Of a DNA stretch of 64,000 bases, positions 40,349 through 52,820 are shown one piece after another. The notes beneath the pieces were generated by a model, which had not been told where the DNA came from, made no database searches, and saw nothing but the letters and a program-made list of their open reading frames with translations. The position numbers and the translations under genes were made by a program. Source of the DNA: Selaginella moellendorffii (Eukaryota > Plantae > Lycopodiophyta); the NCBI RefSeq assembly GCF_000143415.4, contig NW_003314316.1, positions 391,220 through 455,219 on the forward strand, written 5' to 3'. Position 1 is the stretch's first letter. Every line of letters starts with the position of its first letter.

Positions 40349-41740
40349 ATGGGCGTCCTGGTAAATATTCCAAGCAACATTTTGCCTCCTCTTCCCTCTG
40401 GCCGCGGGCGGTGTGTGGCTTCTGCAAATCTTGGGTCCGCAACTCCACCTATAAATTTGCCAAATGGGGTCTCGCGCTCTTCCTTTGAGCTTCCATCTGG
40501 GCTTCGAATGGAGGTTCTCTCTTGTCCACCGTCTTCTCCTTCTCCGGCAACCCAAAGCAAAATTGCTCCAGTAGTTTTTGTTCACGGGAGCTACCATGCG
40601 GCGTGGTGCTGGGCTGTGCATTGGCTCCCCCATTTCTCTCAAGCTGGGCACCATTGTTTCGCATTGAGTCTTCTCGGCCAGGTTTGGTTTTTCTTTTTCC
40701 TTGGTCTTTATAGAGTTTTGTGTGATAATGTCCGTGAAGGGAGAGAGTGATCCGCCAGCTGATCGAGTGCCACAGACTTTGGAGGTTTGCATTTTATCTT
40801 TGACTAAATTCTTTCTGTCAGTGATCGATTGATCTTATGCGCAGTAGCTTCATGCAAGCGATGTTGCAAACTTCATCGAGAGCAAGCTTCATGGCATTCC
40901 TCCAGTGCTCGTAGGGCATTCATTTGGAGGATTGATCGTGCAATATTATCTTCATTGTCTCGAGAGTAAGAGTTTCGATCTGTGAAGTGAAAATGATATC
41001 TTTCTTTTGCAGGATACCCGATGCTAGCTGCCGCTGTTCTAGCATGCTCGGTTCCTCCAACAGGGAATACGTAAGTTGGCCTTTTGGTTTCCACAAAATA
41101 TATCTTTTCCAACAAGGATTACAATGCAGTGCTGTGGTGATGCGTTTCTTGAAGTCCAAGCCTCTTGCTTCCATAAAAGTAAGCTTCATAAGCTTTGCTT
41201 GTCTTGTGAATCACTTGTAAGCCAAGGTTACTTGGAGCTTGGCTGCGAAAGGCTTTGCGAGGTCTCTTCCACTTTGCAGAGAAACGTTCTTCTCACCGGA
41301 CATAAACCATTCGGAGCTTGCAAGGTGAGCTTTGCTTGGATTTGTTTACAAAACCTCATATGGTTTGTTCCAGATACCAGGCTTTGATGAAGAACAGCTC
41401 CACTGTTCCTCTCTTTGACCTCCGCAAACTAAATGCATCACTGCCGATCGGCCCGCCATCTCCGTCGTCACCACCCGTTCTTGTCATTGGCTCCGAGAAC
41501 GACTTCATCCTGGTAGAAAACACTCCCATGGCGTATCAAAGTTTTTAAACGTTTGTCTTCTCGTCACAACTTTCTCTTTCGATCCAGGACGAGCAAGCAG
41601 TACGCGAGACAGGGGCCTTCTTCAATGCCAAAGAGCACATCATCTCAAGCATTGCTCACGACATAATGCTGGACACGCAGTGGAGAAAAGCAGCCGATGT
41701 TGTTCTAGACTGGCTCAGACGTGGAAACATTCAAGGCTGA
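40349..41740 (+). CDS. Alpha/beta hydrolase, multi-exon
   Basis: VFVHGSYHAAWCW, GHSFGG nucleophile elbow, GSENDF, AHDIMLD. Confidence 0.88.
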
Positions 41741-43080
41741 AGAGACCAAGAAAAAAAAGCGAAGAAAAGTTTGTCATGCCAATGCCAAAGGCAATAAAAT
41801 TTTGTTCGTTCTTGATTGATTGACATGGTGAATGGACAAGCCATTGCTTTCCAGCCCGAAAGAAAGCGAGACACCCCTGCAAAAATATAAATAAAATATG
41901 TGAAGAATGGCCAGTCTACAAAAACACTGTGGAGAAATCAAGTGGTCGAATACCATGACACCAGAGACAAAAATTCCCTCTTTTCCCTCAAAAAATTCAA
42001 AAAAAATTCAAAGCTTTCAAATTACTTTGCCAGCCAATTCTGCCAAAAATACCTTCTTTTTTTTTTGTGACCAGAGCACTGAATGGTTTCGAAAGCTCCA
42101 GTCCTTGATCTGATTAAACTAGTCCTCCCCTCCATGGTTACAAAAAACAAGCCCTTTCAGAGTACGCCATCTTCTAGGCAATGCAACGCACAAATCTTTC
42201 TACTTACAATATATAATGCAATGTTTTAGCTCGAGAAATACTAGTTTTTATAGCAAACGCCTGGAGCTCAGTTTTTTTGGGGCTGGGTCGATCGGCTTTC
42301 TTCTCGCCGTGGTTTTGCTCCGGACTTATGGTTTTGGAGCTCTTTCGTGGATCGAAACTAGAGAATTTTTTTAGAGAGCTGGATGATTTCTTGTTTGCTA
42401 GAGATTCCTCTGTGAGGATCCATGACAATGCTAACTCAGGTGGTATGTTCCCATCCAACAAAACGTTTCATGGAATTCCACTCGCAGGTTTGATTGAGTG
42501 GGAGCATACCACTGTGTTAGGATTGTCACAAAGAAGCCTCTTTGTTTCTTGGTCTCTATCTCTATCTCTCTTCATTCTAGAATTGCTTGCTCCACTCCAT
42601 TGCTAGTTGTTTCTCTCTTTTGTCAATTCGAGAGCTTGAAAGATTGATAGAGCTCAAGTGAACCAACTGTCCTGGATGTTTGATCGCATTCTCTTGATGT
42701 ATGGCCTCGCAACATTCCAACCATGGATTCCCGAATTGATATGAATCTACGATCTTTTGTTGTGGTGTGTCTCCACAGGAATCTTGGACCCACAAGCGAA
42801 AGAGATTGAAATTCTCTCCAACGATCGTTCCATCTCTCCATCGCAGTCAAAAAAAGAGAGCGAGGGGTCACATTCCGATCCGGAAGAGCCTCCCGTGAGA
42901 TGGACGGCCGCGATTTTGTCACCCATTCTTCTCGTGAATGGAAGAACTTTTACTTTATGTACAGTGAGTGGTCTTAGAACAAAGCACGCAAACGAAGAAC
43001 ACGAAAAAATGGTGTGCCGTGTCAATCCATCGATAGGACCGACCAATCGATCCTTTCACTTTCTTCGTGGCGGCTGCTAA

Positions 43081-43800
43081 CTAGTGGAAATCCCAGCCAG
43101 TGGCGAAGCCAGATCCATGGCCGCGGTACCACCACGGCCCCCTGGCCAATCCGCTGGTGTGATAGACCGAGAGCCACAGCGCGAGCTCCTCGGCCAGGAT
43201 TTCTTCCTGCTGCCTGTGCTTCTTGGCGAGATCGAGCGTGAGGAGGCTGGAGCGGCACATCGGGCAAGTGGTGTGGTTGTGATTCAGCCACTTGTCCAAG
43301 CAATCCCGGTGGAAGACGTGCGAGCAATTGGGGAGCTTGCGGACGAGCGAGCTGGGCTCGAAATCACACAGGCACACCGCGCATTGGGTCTCGTGTTCCT
43401 CGTTCTCGCCGGGGAATTCGAGCGAGGAAGGAGGAGAGGAGGAAGAAGAGGGGGAAGAAGGGATTTCTCCCGGATTATCGAGAGAGGAGGAAGGAATCTC
43501 CGAAATATCGAGAGAAGAATGGACGAGCTTACTGAATTCGATGAGAGGGAGCGAGGATTGGATCTCCTCCACGAAGCTATGGTGGTGGTGCTGGGGCTGT
43601 GAGCGATCCGGCGAGAGGCTGGAGGCCACCGGGCGCCGCGGCTGCCAAGACGGCTCCATCTGGTGGACCTCCGACGAATCCCTCTTGAGCCCGACGATCC
43701 GGAGCAGCGAATCGAGCAGATTCTTTACGAGCGCCAGCGAAATCGCCGTGTTCACCACCACCAGCGGCAGCAGGCCGCCATAGATGCTTGGAAATCCCAT
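43081..43800 (-). CDS. RING-H2 E3 ubiquitin ligase (BRH1/XERICO-like)
   Basis: MGFP + hydrophobic helix; CAVCLCDF..LPNCSHVFHRDCLDKW..TCPMCR. Confidence 0.93.
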   Translation of the reverse strand: MGFPSIYGGLLPLVVVNTAISLALVKNLLDSLLRIVGLKRDSSEVHQMEPSWQPRRPVASSLSPDRSQPQHHHHSFVEEIQSSLPLIEFSKLVHSSLDISEIPSSSLDNPGEIPSSPSSSSSPPSSLEFPGENEEHETQCAVCLCDFEPSSLVRKLPNCSHVFHRDCLDKWLNHNHTTCPMCRSSLLTLDLAKKHRQQEEILAEELALWLSVYHTSGLARGPWWYRGHGSGFATGWDFH

Positions 43801-44239
43801 GCCTGGATGAAAATCTCGACACCAGCAGTGGCAAACTAGTACACACTGACACCAAAATTTAGTATCTCAAGAACCCTAAATTCTCGGTAGAGCACCCTTT
43901 TTTAAACCCTAATTTCTTGGTAGAACACCCTTAGTAAAAAAGACCCGCTAGGAAACGCTGACGTGTACGGCGGGCCGCGTGTCCGGCGGGTACGCCACGT
44001 GGCGATAGAGATTGATTCGTCTTTAATCCTATTCTTCATTGCTTCGTCAGTGGTCATGGAACGATTGGAAAAAGCAACGTTGAATCCAAGAGAAAAGACT
44101 AATCGATTTGGAGACAATCAAAGCTTATCAAAGTTAGACACGAGAGAGAAAACTAAGACAATCGAAGCTATATCTTATACTTCTAGAGTTTGTTTAAGTG
44201 TTGAGATGGAATGTTACTGAGGCATCGCTTTCGTGTTCT

Positions 44240-45786
44240 CTAAGCGGTGGCTTTTGTCTTCTTTACGTCGCGAGGACGATCACAAACTTCTCTCTCGGGA
44301 TCTTGTCCGGTTGCAGCGTTTGGATTACTCTCCTGTGGCTTCCGCTTGAAGAATCTGCTGATATCATTCACCTTTTGTTGTTTGATCTGCAAGAACAACA
44401 GTAGTAAACAAAAAAAAACAAAAAAAAAGAGGAGAAAAAGGAGAGTAGCTTTTACCTCCTTGATACAATCTGGCCCATTAAAGGACGGCTTGCCCATTGC
44501 CGATGTAACAGGATACCATACCTGCAAGGAGTATTTAAAACCGAGAGAAAGATGGTTCTCGAGGAATCCATGGGTGGTGCCAGGCTTTAGAATTTACTCT
44601 TCCTTTACCAGATTCGGTCTTTCGTATGGCTGCACGAATTTGCGGAAGACGTCATCGAGGGAGCAGCCAAGCTCTAGCCATGCTTTCGTTGCGTCGTCGC
44701 TCGCTAGAATGACAGGCATCCTGTCTGTAGCAAAAGGAGAGTTGGCCAACACGATTAAAACGGGATTAAATCGACACTTCGTACCGTGCAGCCATTCCAA
44801 TCGCTTGGACACTCGCGTGGTCAAAATGGTAAAAGTGAAGAGCGTGTCTCCTGATAGAGCACGTAAGCACACCCACGAGTTTGACGAAAATTTCATTACC
44901 TTCGGCATCTTGCCAAGAGTCGTACAGGCAGGCGAATACAAGAGGGCGCTCGTCCTGGAAGTGGATATAATATGGTTGCTTCTTACTACCATCTTTCTTC
45001 CACTCGTAAAATCTGCACAAAGCGAAGTCGTGTACGCAGTAGAAGATATGATATGCTTGTTTTGGTACCCTTCGACGCTCACGAGGCACCGTTTCGCTGG
45101 AAGAAGTCGAGAGAAGGAGGTCTTCTCACGCACAGTTTCTGATCTTGCATTGAACTGAAACAAGAAGAAAAATGGTTAGATCGCGACACAAGAAAGAAGT
45201 CGAGAAAAAAAAATGGCGCGATCTCAAACACAAGAAAGAAGTCAAGAAAAAAAAAAACGGTTAGATCCCAAACACAGGAAAGAAGTCAAGAAAAAAAAAT
45301 GATTCGCTCGCAAACGCAGGAAAGAAGTTGAGAAAAAAAAATTTGGTTAGATCGCAAACTCAAGAAGGAAGTCGAGAAAAAAAAAATTTGTTAGACCTTA
45401 ACATAAGAGAGAAGTCGAGAAAACGAAGCAAAGAATGAAACAGTCACTACAAAAAAGGTTTTTGGGATAGTTACCATGCGATAGTGATCGGGCTTCTCAT
45501 TTTTTTTGGTGAAGCTGGGAACGAGCCCCCATTTCATCGCTTGCACAACCGGAAGAGCTTCCCCATCGTCTTTGGCTTCGTAATGAACAACAGGGAGATA
45601 AGCTCCAGGCGACACATTGTAAGATGGACGATACCTGCAAAAGCGCGATGGTAGAATGAGATGCGATCAAACGAATGCGAAAAAAAAATACCTGTCGTGA
45701 TCGATCAATCGGAGCTGGCAATCCCCAAAACCACAGGCAGCTCCCACAGCGTCGGGGGCAAGCGTGCATCGAGCTCTCCCACACAT
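44240..45786 (-). CDS. HMCES: SRAP-domain abasic-site protein (HMCES), multi-exon
   Basis: N-terminal MCGR, YNVSPG, MKWGLVP, FNARSET, FYEWKK, WLHDRMPVIL, VWYPVT. Confidence 0.92.
45158..45425. repeat. Intronic minisatellite, about 6 units of about 43 bp
   Basis: Repeated caagaaagaagtcgagaaaaaaaaatggttagatcgc. Confidence 0.85.
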
Positions 45787-45844
45787 TTCTCCAAGCAAAA
45801 CGCATAAACCCTAGAGAAAGAAACAGTGATGAAGTGGCACACCC

Positions 45845-48094
45845 TCATTTAATGCCCGTGAGCTTTGGGATATTGGCATTTGCTAGGAGCACATAAGCCG
45901 CTCCATGCTGGAATCGCGTCAAGCTCTTTGCGGCCCTAGCTCCACTTTCATTGTCACCGTGAGACGAACAAGCACTAAGCAAGGCAATCCACTCCAGAGC
46001 CTGGGGCTCAAAGGGCATTGTAAGAATGAGTTTCTCACAGTCCTCCAAATGCCCAGACCGGGCAAGAAGATCAATCATGCAGCAGTAGTGAGGCCGCGAC
46101 GGAGAGACTCCGAAATCATACCTCATGGACGTGAAGCAGCAGCGCCCATTGTAGAGCTTGCCCTCCCTGCTGCAAGAGGTGAGTACAAGAGCAAAACAAG
46201 CTTCCTCAGGCGCGACTGATACTCTCATCTCATCAAAAGTTGCAATTGCAAGTGTTGAGTCTCCAAAGTGGGCTTGAGCCGCAAGCAAGACGCTCCATGA
46301 GATTTGGTCCTGCTCTGGTATCTGATCGAAAGCTCTTTTTGCTCTTTCAATGTCTCCAACTCGTGCAAACGCTGCGACATATGCATTCCAGGAATGCTCG
46401 TTCCGAAGCGGAAGGCTATAAAACATTGCCACCGCCTGTACGACGTGCCGGTTCTGGGAATACGCGGAGAGCATTGCGTTGTAGGAGACGAGATCCCTCA
46501 CCGGCATGTTTTCGAAAATGTGCTCCCCCTCGTCCAGATGCCCTGCCTGGGCATACGCAGCAAGCATTGCGTTCCAGCAGACAGTATTTCTGTGCGGCAT
46601 GGAGTCAAAGACGAGTTTTGCCTCTTCGAGTCTCTCGCATTGAGCGTATGCCGAGAGAAGCGCGTTGTAAGAAACAGTGTCCTTGTGAGGGCATTCATCA
46701 AACATTTGCTTCGATCGCTCACAATTCCCAGCCAAGGCATAGGCTGTGATCATCGCAGTCCAAGAGAGAGGATCTCTCTGTGGCATCGCCTGGAATGTCT
46801 TCTCAGCCTCGGAAACTCTACCAGATTGGGCATACGCGGCCAGAATCGCGTTCCAGGAAACGAGATTCCTTTGCGGGAGTTCATCAAAAAGCGACTTTGA
46901 TCGAGCGACGTCTCCAGTCTGGGCATATGCCGAGATCATTGTGTTGATCGACACAATCCCGTGCTGTGGCATTGCCTGGAGGACAATCCGAGCTTCCTGG
47001 AGATACCCGTTCTGGGCATAACCTCCTAGAATGATGTTCCAGGAAATTACATCTCTCCCCGGCATCTCATCAAATGCATTCTTGGAGGACTCTATTTGCC
47101 CCAATTGGGCAAAACCCGAAAGGAGGGCGTTCATCGCCACCAAGTTCCAACATGGCATTTGATCGAACAGTGATTTCGCAATCGATGTCTCTGCGGCAAT
47201 GGCATAGCCGTAAACAAGCGCGACCCAGCTAACGAGATCTCTTTGAGGCATCGAATCAAACAATGCTTGCGCTTCCCGCAAATGCCCTCTAATGGCAAAT
47301 GCGGAGATTATCGCATTCCAAGACACAAGGTTATCTTCCGGTAGCTCGCGAAACAATCTCCTCGCTTCACAGAAATCACCGTGATGACCGTACGCATCAA
47401 TCATGGCCGTCCAGCTCACTGCGTCTCTCAACGGCATCGCGTCAAACAGTTCCCGTGCTTCTCGCAAATGCCCTTGTTGGGCATACGTAGACAGCATCGT
47501 GTTCCACGCTACTAGATTCGGCCCTACGATAGAATCAAACAGGATCTTCGCATCGTCGAGATGCCCATGCCGGGTATACGCCGACAGCATTGCGTTAGAA
47601 GAGACAAGGTCTCGACAAGGCATAGATTCGTAGATTTGCTTGGCTTCTTCCAGATGCCCGTTCTGGGCATATGCGTCAAGCATGGTAGTCCAAGAGATTA
47701 GATCATGATCGGGCATGGCATTAAACATTCGTCGCGCATCTTCCAGATTCCCCGAGTTTGCAAGTGCTGCGATCATAGAAGTCATGGAAACGGGCGTTTT
47801 AGCGGAGGCTGGCATCTTGAGGAGTATTGTTTTCGCATCTTCCAGATGCCCGTTGCGGCAGTAGGCCGAGAGCATGAGCGTCCAGGAGAAGGAGTTCTTG
47901 ACGTAGATTCCATCGAAGACCTTGCGAGCTTCGGTGGCGCTGCCGCACTTGCCATACATTTCGATGAGATTGTTGAGGATGAAGTAATCGTCCTTGATCC
48001 TTGGCAAGAGAGTTGCGGCTCGCGAGTGGATTTCTCGTAGCGCTGGGAGGGATTTGCAAGACTGGATTGCTTCAATGCATTGCTTCCTTTCCAT
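45845..48094 (-). CDS. SS-rich PLS-class PPR protein with E domain
   Basis: Intronless; MYGKCGS, about 18 31-aa repeats, HYCCMIDLLARSG; first ATG at 48094. Confidence 0.94.
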   Translation of the reverse strand: MERKQCIEAIQSCKSLPALREIHSRAATLLPRIKDDYFILNNLIEMYGKCGSATEARKVFDGIYVKNSFSWTLMLSAYCRNGHLEDAKTILLKMPASAKTPVSMTSMIAALANSGNLEDARRMFNAMPDHDLISWTTMLDAYAQNGHLEEAKQIYESMPCRDLVSSNAMLSAYTRHGHLDDAKILFDSIVGPNLVAWNTMLSTYAQQGHLREARELFDAMPLRDAVSWTAMIDAYGHHGDFCEARRLFRELPEDNLVSWNAIISAFAIRGHLREAQALFDSMPQRDLVSWVALVYGYAIAAETSIAKSLFDQMPCWNLVAMNALLSGFAQLGQIESSKNAFDEMPGRDVISWNIILGGYAQNGYLQEARIVLQAMPQHGIVSINTMISAYAQTGDVARSKSLFDELPQRNLVSWNAILAAYAQSGRVSEAEKTFQAMPQRDPLSWTAMITAYALAGNCERSKQMFDECPHKDTVSYNALLSAYAQCERLEEAKLVFDSMPHRNTVCWNAMLAAYAQAGHLDEGEHIFENMPVRDLVSYNAMLSAYSQNRHVVQAVAMFYSLPLRNEHSWNAYVAAFARVGDIERAKRAFDQIPEQDQISWSVLLAAQAHFGDSTLAIATFDEMRVSVAPEEACFALVLTSCSREGKLYNGRCCFTSMRYDFGVSPSRPHYCCMIDLLARSGHLEDCEKLILTMPFEPQALEWIALLSACSSHGDNESGARAAKSLTRFQHGAAYVLLANANIPKLTGIK

Positions 48095-48117
48095 AAACCG
48101 GCAGAAAGAAAGTTCAC

Positions 48118-49713
48118 TCACTTTGCTTGAAGAATTTGCTGTTCTTGCCACTTGGTCTCTAGCAGCTCTTCTCCCACAGGCTCCCCCAATAGGGCTCTCT
48201 CGAGGAGCTCTCCATCTTCTTCCATTTTCTCGGGCAATTCCACTTCATCTTCATCGTTGGCACTAGAGACGATCACTTCTTCGTTTTCTTCGATATCTTC
48301 GAGTCCTCCTCCTTGAAGTTCTTCCTCTTCCTCTTCTTCTTCTTCTTCTTGTTCTTGTACTGAAAGATCATCGCCACCACCACCACTTTCGGCTTCTTGA
48401 GACGGTTTTGTAAGTCTCAGCTCGGCTGGAAACTTTCAAAGTTAGAACTGCACTGAGCTGAGCTTAGATGAACTTACGATAGAGTCGCTTCGTAGGAACT
48501 CTGATACGCCTCCCTTTGAGATAACGATACTCATACCGCCGCAGGGGATACTTTTCTCGCACCTTCTCGCTCTTTTCTGGCATGCCGACTTTGAAATAGA
48601 CCTCCGCAACCATTTCAACTAATCCTTGATCCGGTCTGACGTTGAGTTCTTCCATGTCTGCAAAGAGCTGAAGAAGGGGTATAAGAAAGGAGAAATTACA
48701 GGAGGAAAAAACTTACATCTAGCAGCTTTTCATACATGCCAGCTCGGTTGTAGATCCCCATCATAAGAGAAAAATGTGAACGGGGAAGCGCGTCCAAGTA
48801 TCTCCTAAAGACACCGTGGAAAACTTCCTCGGCTTCCTCGATGCGGTCTTCTTTCTCCAGTGCCACTATCAGCAGCTGATAAGTTGCCATTGTCTTGCCA
48901 TGTCCTTTGCTCAGCATCCACTTCGAAACCTGGCAAGCTTCTAAGGACAGAAGAACTAAGAAAAATCCACAAACCTGGATCACACGCTTCCATTGCCACT
49001 GATCTCGAAGAATCCTCAGAGCCTTTTTCACGGGTTCAATCGGAAAGTCGACTTCGAAAGCACTCCAAGCATCCAATGCACCATATATATCTTCCTTGCA
49101 GTCTGAGAGATTGGCTATCTGTAGGCAGCACAAGAAAAACAAAATCCTCAGTCACATAGCTTCGGTTTCTCGTCTTAAAAGCTCACTTACACATTTGATA
49201 AGGTTAACAGCCTTCAGAGAACTTCCTCTCTTGGCTGTTTTCTTCCATGTCTTGGGCTGCTCTCCTTGATTCTTATCTCCTTTCTTCCCTTGAGCGAAAC
49301 AAATCTGGACAAATTGTGAGCTGCTATAACTGAAGTTTACAATTATGCTCACCCATGAACGCACTCGTCGACAAGAAATAATACCAGCTTGTAGGCCATC
49401 AGTAACTCTATCTTTATGGAAGCCACTGCGAGCAAAACTGGCAAAAATATGTGAAGAGTGAGCACAAAGCCGGGTGAAGAAGCAGCTTTACCTGTAGCTG
49501 TACACACTATCCTCTCGGCACTCTACTGAACAAAAAGCCTTTCCTCTTCTGAAGCAATGCACTCTCAGCCCGTAAACTGATTGAAACGGAGGTACCCAAC
49601 ACTTGAGCTGCAAGCACACTGCAAGAACTGAGAAACTGTGTTTAGAAAAATCCAATATCAAGCCACCAACATGCCTGGTCACAGCAGCTCGTCCATGGAA
49701 ACGCTTGCTGCAT
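48118..49713 (-). CDS. Short P-type PPR protein (At4g18975/At4g21190-like) with acidic C-terminal tail, multi-exon
   Basis: KEDIYGALDAW..DFP..KKALRIL..QWKRVIQVSKWMLSKG.GKTM; ADMEELNVRPD; last exon E-rich. 5' end uncertain. Confidence 0.8.
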
Positions 49714-49806
49714 TTCGTAATTTCTACCTGAAACTCAACTCGCGAAGCCCTAGAGACAAGTATAAACAAGGAATTGAATTGATGCCAGAGTTAGAACAAA
49801 ACTGTC

Positions 49807-50938
49807 TCATTTTTTGTGACCAGCAAACGAAATAAAAACGCTCCAAATCACGCCTAACAAGCACGCTGCACCAGCCTGAAAATCAAGTGTGTTTTTGGTC
49901 CACTTCTTTGCAAGAGAAGTAAGAAACACCAAAACGAACCTGCAGTTGTGGAGGCACTAGTCCAAAGTTTACAAGCTGGAACGGTATCCAGACTTTCCAG
50001 TTCGCTATGACGGTAGGAAGCCAGTCCTGGAGATGACGAGAGGAAACCAGTGAGCAATACAGCATTGCTTAGCTCACCTGTTGAAGCTTTGTCCAAAGTT
50101 GCTGATTCCGACCCTCTAGGGTGAGCAAGACAGCGAAAAACGTCCCAGTTCCGAGAGGTGTAAACACAAACTATACGAGAGAGTAAAGTTTTCAGAGCTA
50201 GGAAGAGTCTTTAGTGTATCTTACTTGGTCCGCGGCAATGCGAAGGGCTAAACCCAAGACTCCTGGATACGGAATCAATTTTGGTAGAAATCCATACCTA
50301 CAATCCAGAACTCTTGAAAGTTACAAAAAATAGATACCATGCTTGCTCACCAGTAGTGCATACCAGGTCCACTCATAAAAATCCCAATAGCCGTGAATGA
50401 TAGAAGCCGCTGGAAATCTATTGTCTGGGACTTCTCGACAACAATCTAGAAATGAAAAAAAAAAAAAAGATCGTAAGTTTTGCAAGGATTTTTTCTTTTC
50501 TTTTTCTGCGGTTTACCTGACAAAACAAATCCGAGAATGCGTTTAAGAGGCCCGCGGTCAAGCTCTTCATAACCAAGGGATGGCTGTCCAGCAGACCAAC
50601 ATATCTACAAACGAAATGGTGAAGAACAAGACCAAAAGAAAAAAGAAAAACGTTTGGCAAATTTACCTAGACCAGAGGGAAAAGGCTGCGTTGTTCGCTG
50701 CCTCTGGAGCTCCAATTTCCACGGATTTCATCCCTTGCGCATCGGGGCTCATACATCTGCTACACAAATCATCCACCTTGCGCACGAAATGCCATGATTG
50801 AGCTCGTCGCTTCCGCAGATCCTGCCCAAATCCAGCTGAAACCGCAGACCTCGCGTAGAGCAAAGGATCGCCGCCGCATTCTCGCCTCCACACGCTACTG
50901 CCGCCGAGCACAGCGCTGGAGAGGGGGATCGTCGCCAT
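49807..50938 (-). CDS. Mpv17/PMP22 family membrane protein, multi-exon
   Basis: LLDSHPLVMKSLTAG..SDLFCQ, GPGMHYW, IAADQ, NWKVWIPFQLVNF.LVP. Confidence 0.88.
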
Positions 50939-51202
50939 CGCTCAAAAAACCCTAAAGAAGTGATTCCCGCCATACAGGAAGAGAGCTCTTATACTGTGGA
51001 GCTTCGCGACTGTAGTGTAGACAAGTGGTAGCGACACGTGTCACAAATCCGTATGAACAAAAAATAGAGCAAGCTCTTATTTTCCTCCGGGAATGTTCGT
51101 GTCATGTAAGCAACGTTGCCACGAGCTATTCTTTTTTGATTCCTCGGCTCATGGATGAATTCGTCCAGTCGAAAAAAGCCAATCCATTTTTTGTTTCTCT
51201 CC

Positions 51203-52653
51203 TCAGTAGTGATCGCCCAAGCGCATAATCCCCCACACGTCCAAAACTCCCGGAGGAACAGCGTTGTCCACGGCCGATCGAATGGAAGCTTTTGCCACTG
51301 ATGTAACTTTCACTGGAGGCACCACCAAGTTCCCCAAAACTGGAACTCTCGTCATCGATTTCAGGTTTCGAAACGCCTGCCAGCAAAGTTCGAGTCTCAT
51401 GCTCTGAGAAAACGAAGATAGATAGACTTACCATTTCCAACGGAGTTCCAATGACTCCCAGAGGTAATTGGATGCTGCCAACACGTCTAGTTCCGTGAAT
51501 GAATCCCGGACGCAAGATCACGCCTGGGCCACCAACAAAGTTATCAACGCGAGACAAAGATTTAAAAGACGCGCTGTACTAACCGCCATAAGGGAATCTA
51601 GACATCACTGCGTTTTCAGCCGCTTTCTGGAAGGAAAAAATAAATTATCGCTTTCATAAGTATCGTATAGAACATTTCAAACCTTTCCTTCAAAGTAGCC
51701 ACGCAAAATGTAAGACGCGAAGCCAAGATCTGAGGCAGATACATAGACAAACCTTTTGACTCCTGAAAAAAACAGAAGATGAAAATTGAAAAGAAAAACC
51801 ACGATTACCAGAATCAGCAGCAGCATTGATGGCCTTGACATTTGCATCGCCATTGATTTTGCGCATGGTGTCATTCGATCCAAAACCGCCAACGCATGAT
51901 ATCTGGAAAGACAAGAGAAATCCTCGTGAAGAACAGAAGGAAAGACAAGAAAAGCAAAAACTTGAAAACTTACCACTGCCGAGACATCTTTCATGTGTTC
52001 TCCAATCGTGTTTGGGCCGATAAGATTTCCTGAAACCAAAACCTGTAAGGGGTGGTCAAACACAACTAGCTACCAAATGCCATTCCTTTGCTCAACACGA
52101 GGAAAAGAAAAAGAAAAAGAAAACAGTAGTCGTGGCGACTTTACCTCGAATCCACTCCACCTTATTCACCCAAGGTTCGTCAATGTGAGGCTTTCCAGAT
52201 CTAAAACGAAAAGTCTTCTTAGTGACCAACAAAGAAAACAAGAAAAAAAAACCATACCTGTTTAAGCTCGCAACAGGAATGTCACGCACAACAGCTTCTC
52301 TACACACATGAGAACCTACAAATCCATTTCCTCCCAAAACCAAAATCTACAAACGGAAAAAAGGCCATTGAAAGTTTTCATCGATCCAGCAAAAATTCCA
52401 AGACTTTCGTCTACCTTCGACCTCTCGGGCTGGACGTCGACCGTCTCTGCTTCCTCAGTTGGATGCGGCGGAGGCTTGGCAGCTGGCCCCGAGCAAAGCG
52501 ATCGCCATTTCTCATTGCCCGCGATCCTAAGCGCCGCGCGCCAATACGATTATCAGCTACTTCCTAGGAGATTACAGAGAATACATTACCGCCAGAGACA
52601 CGATCGATCGCCAGAGAGCTTCGCGCCCGCCCTCCCAAGAGCAGCCGCAACCA
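51203..52653 (-). CDS. NAD(P)-binding Rossmann-fold (atypical SDR) protein, multi-exon
   Basis: ILVLGGNGFVGSHVC, ISCVGGFG, GYFEGK, ILRPGFIHG. Confidence 0.9.
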
Positions 52654-52820
52654 TCGCCAAGTCTAGAAATTAGAACCCTGGAAATGACACGTGGCGGCCT
52701 TTAAGGGATCGACCTAATGACCGTTCTAGAAGACATTCGAACCCATGACCAGTAAACGTATGTATGTACCATCGAGCTTTAGTATTTGTATTCTTCTACA
52801 GGCCCAAAATTTTGAGCTTT

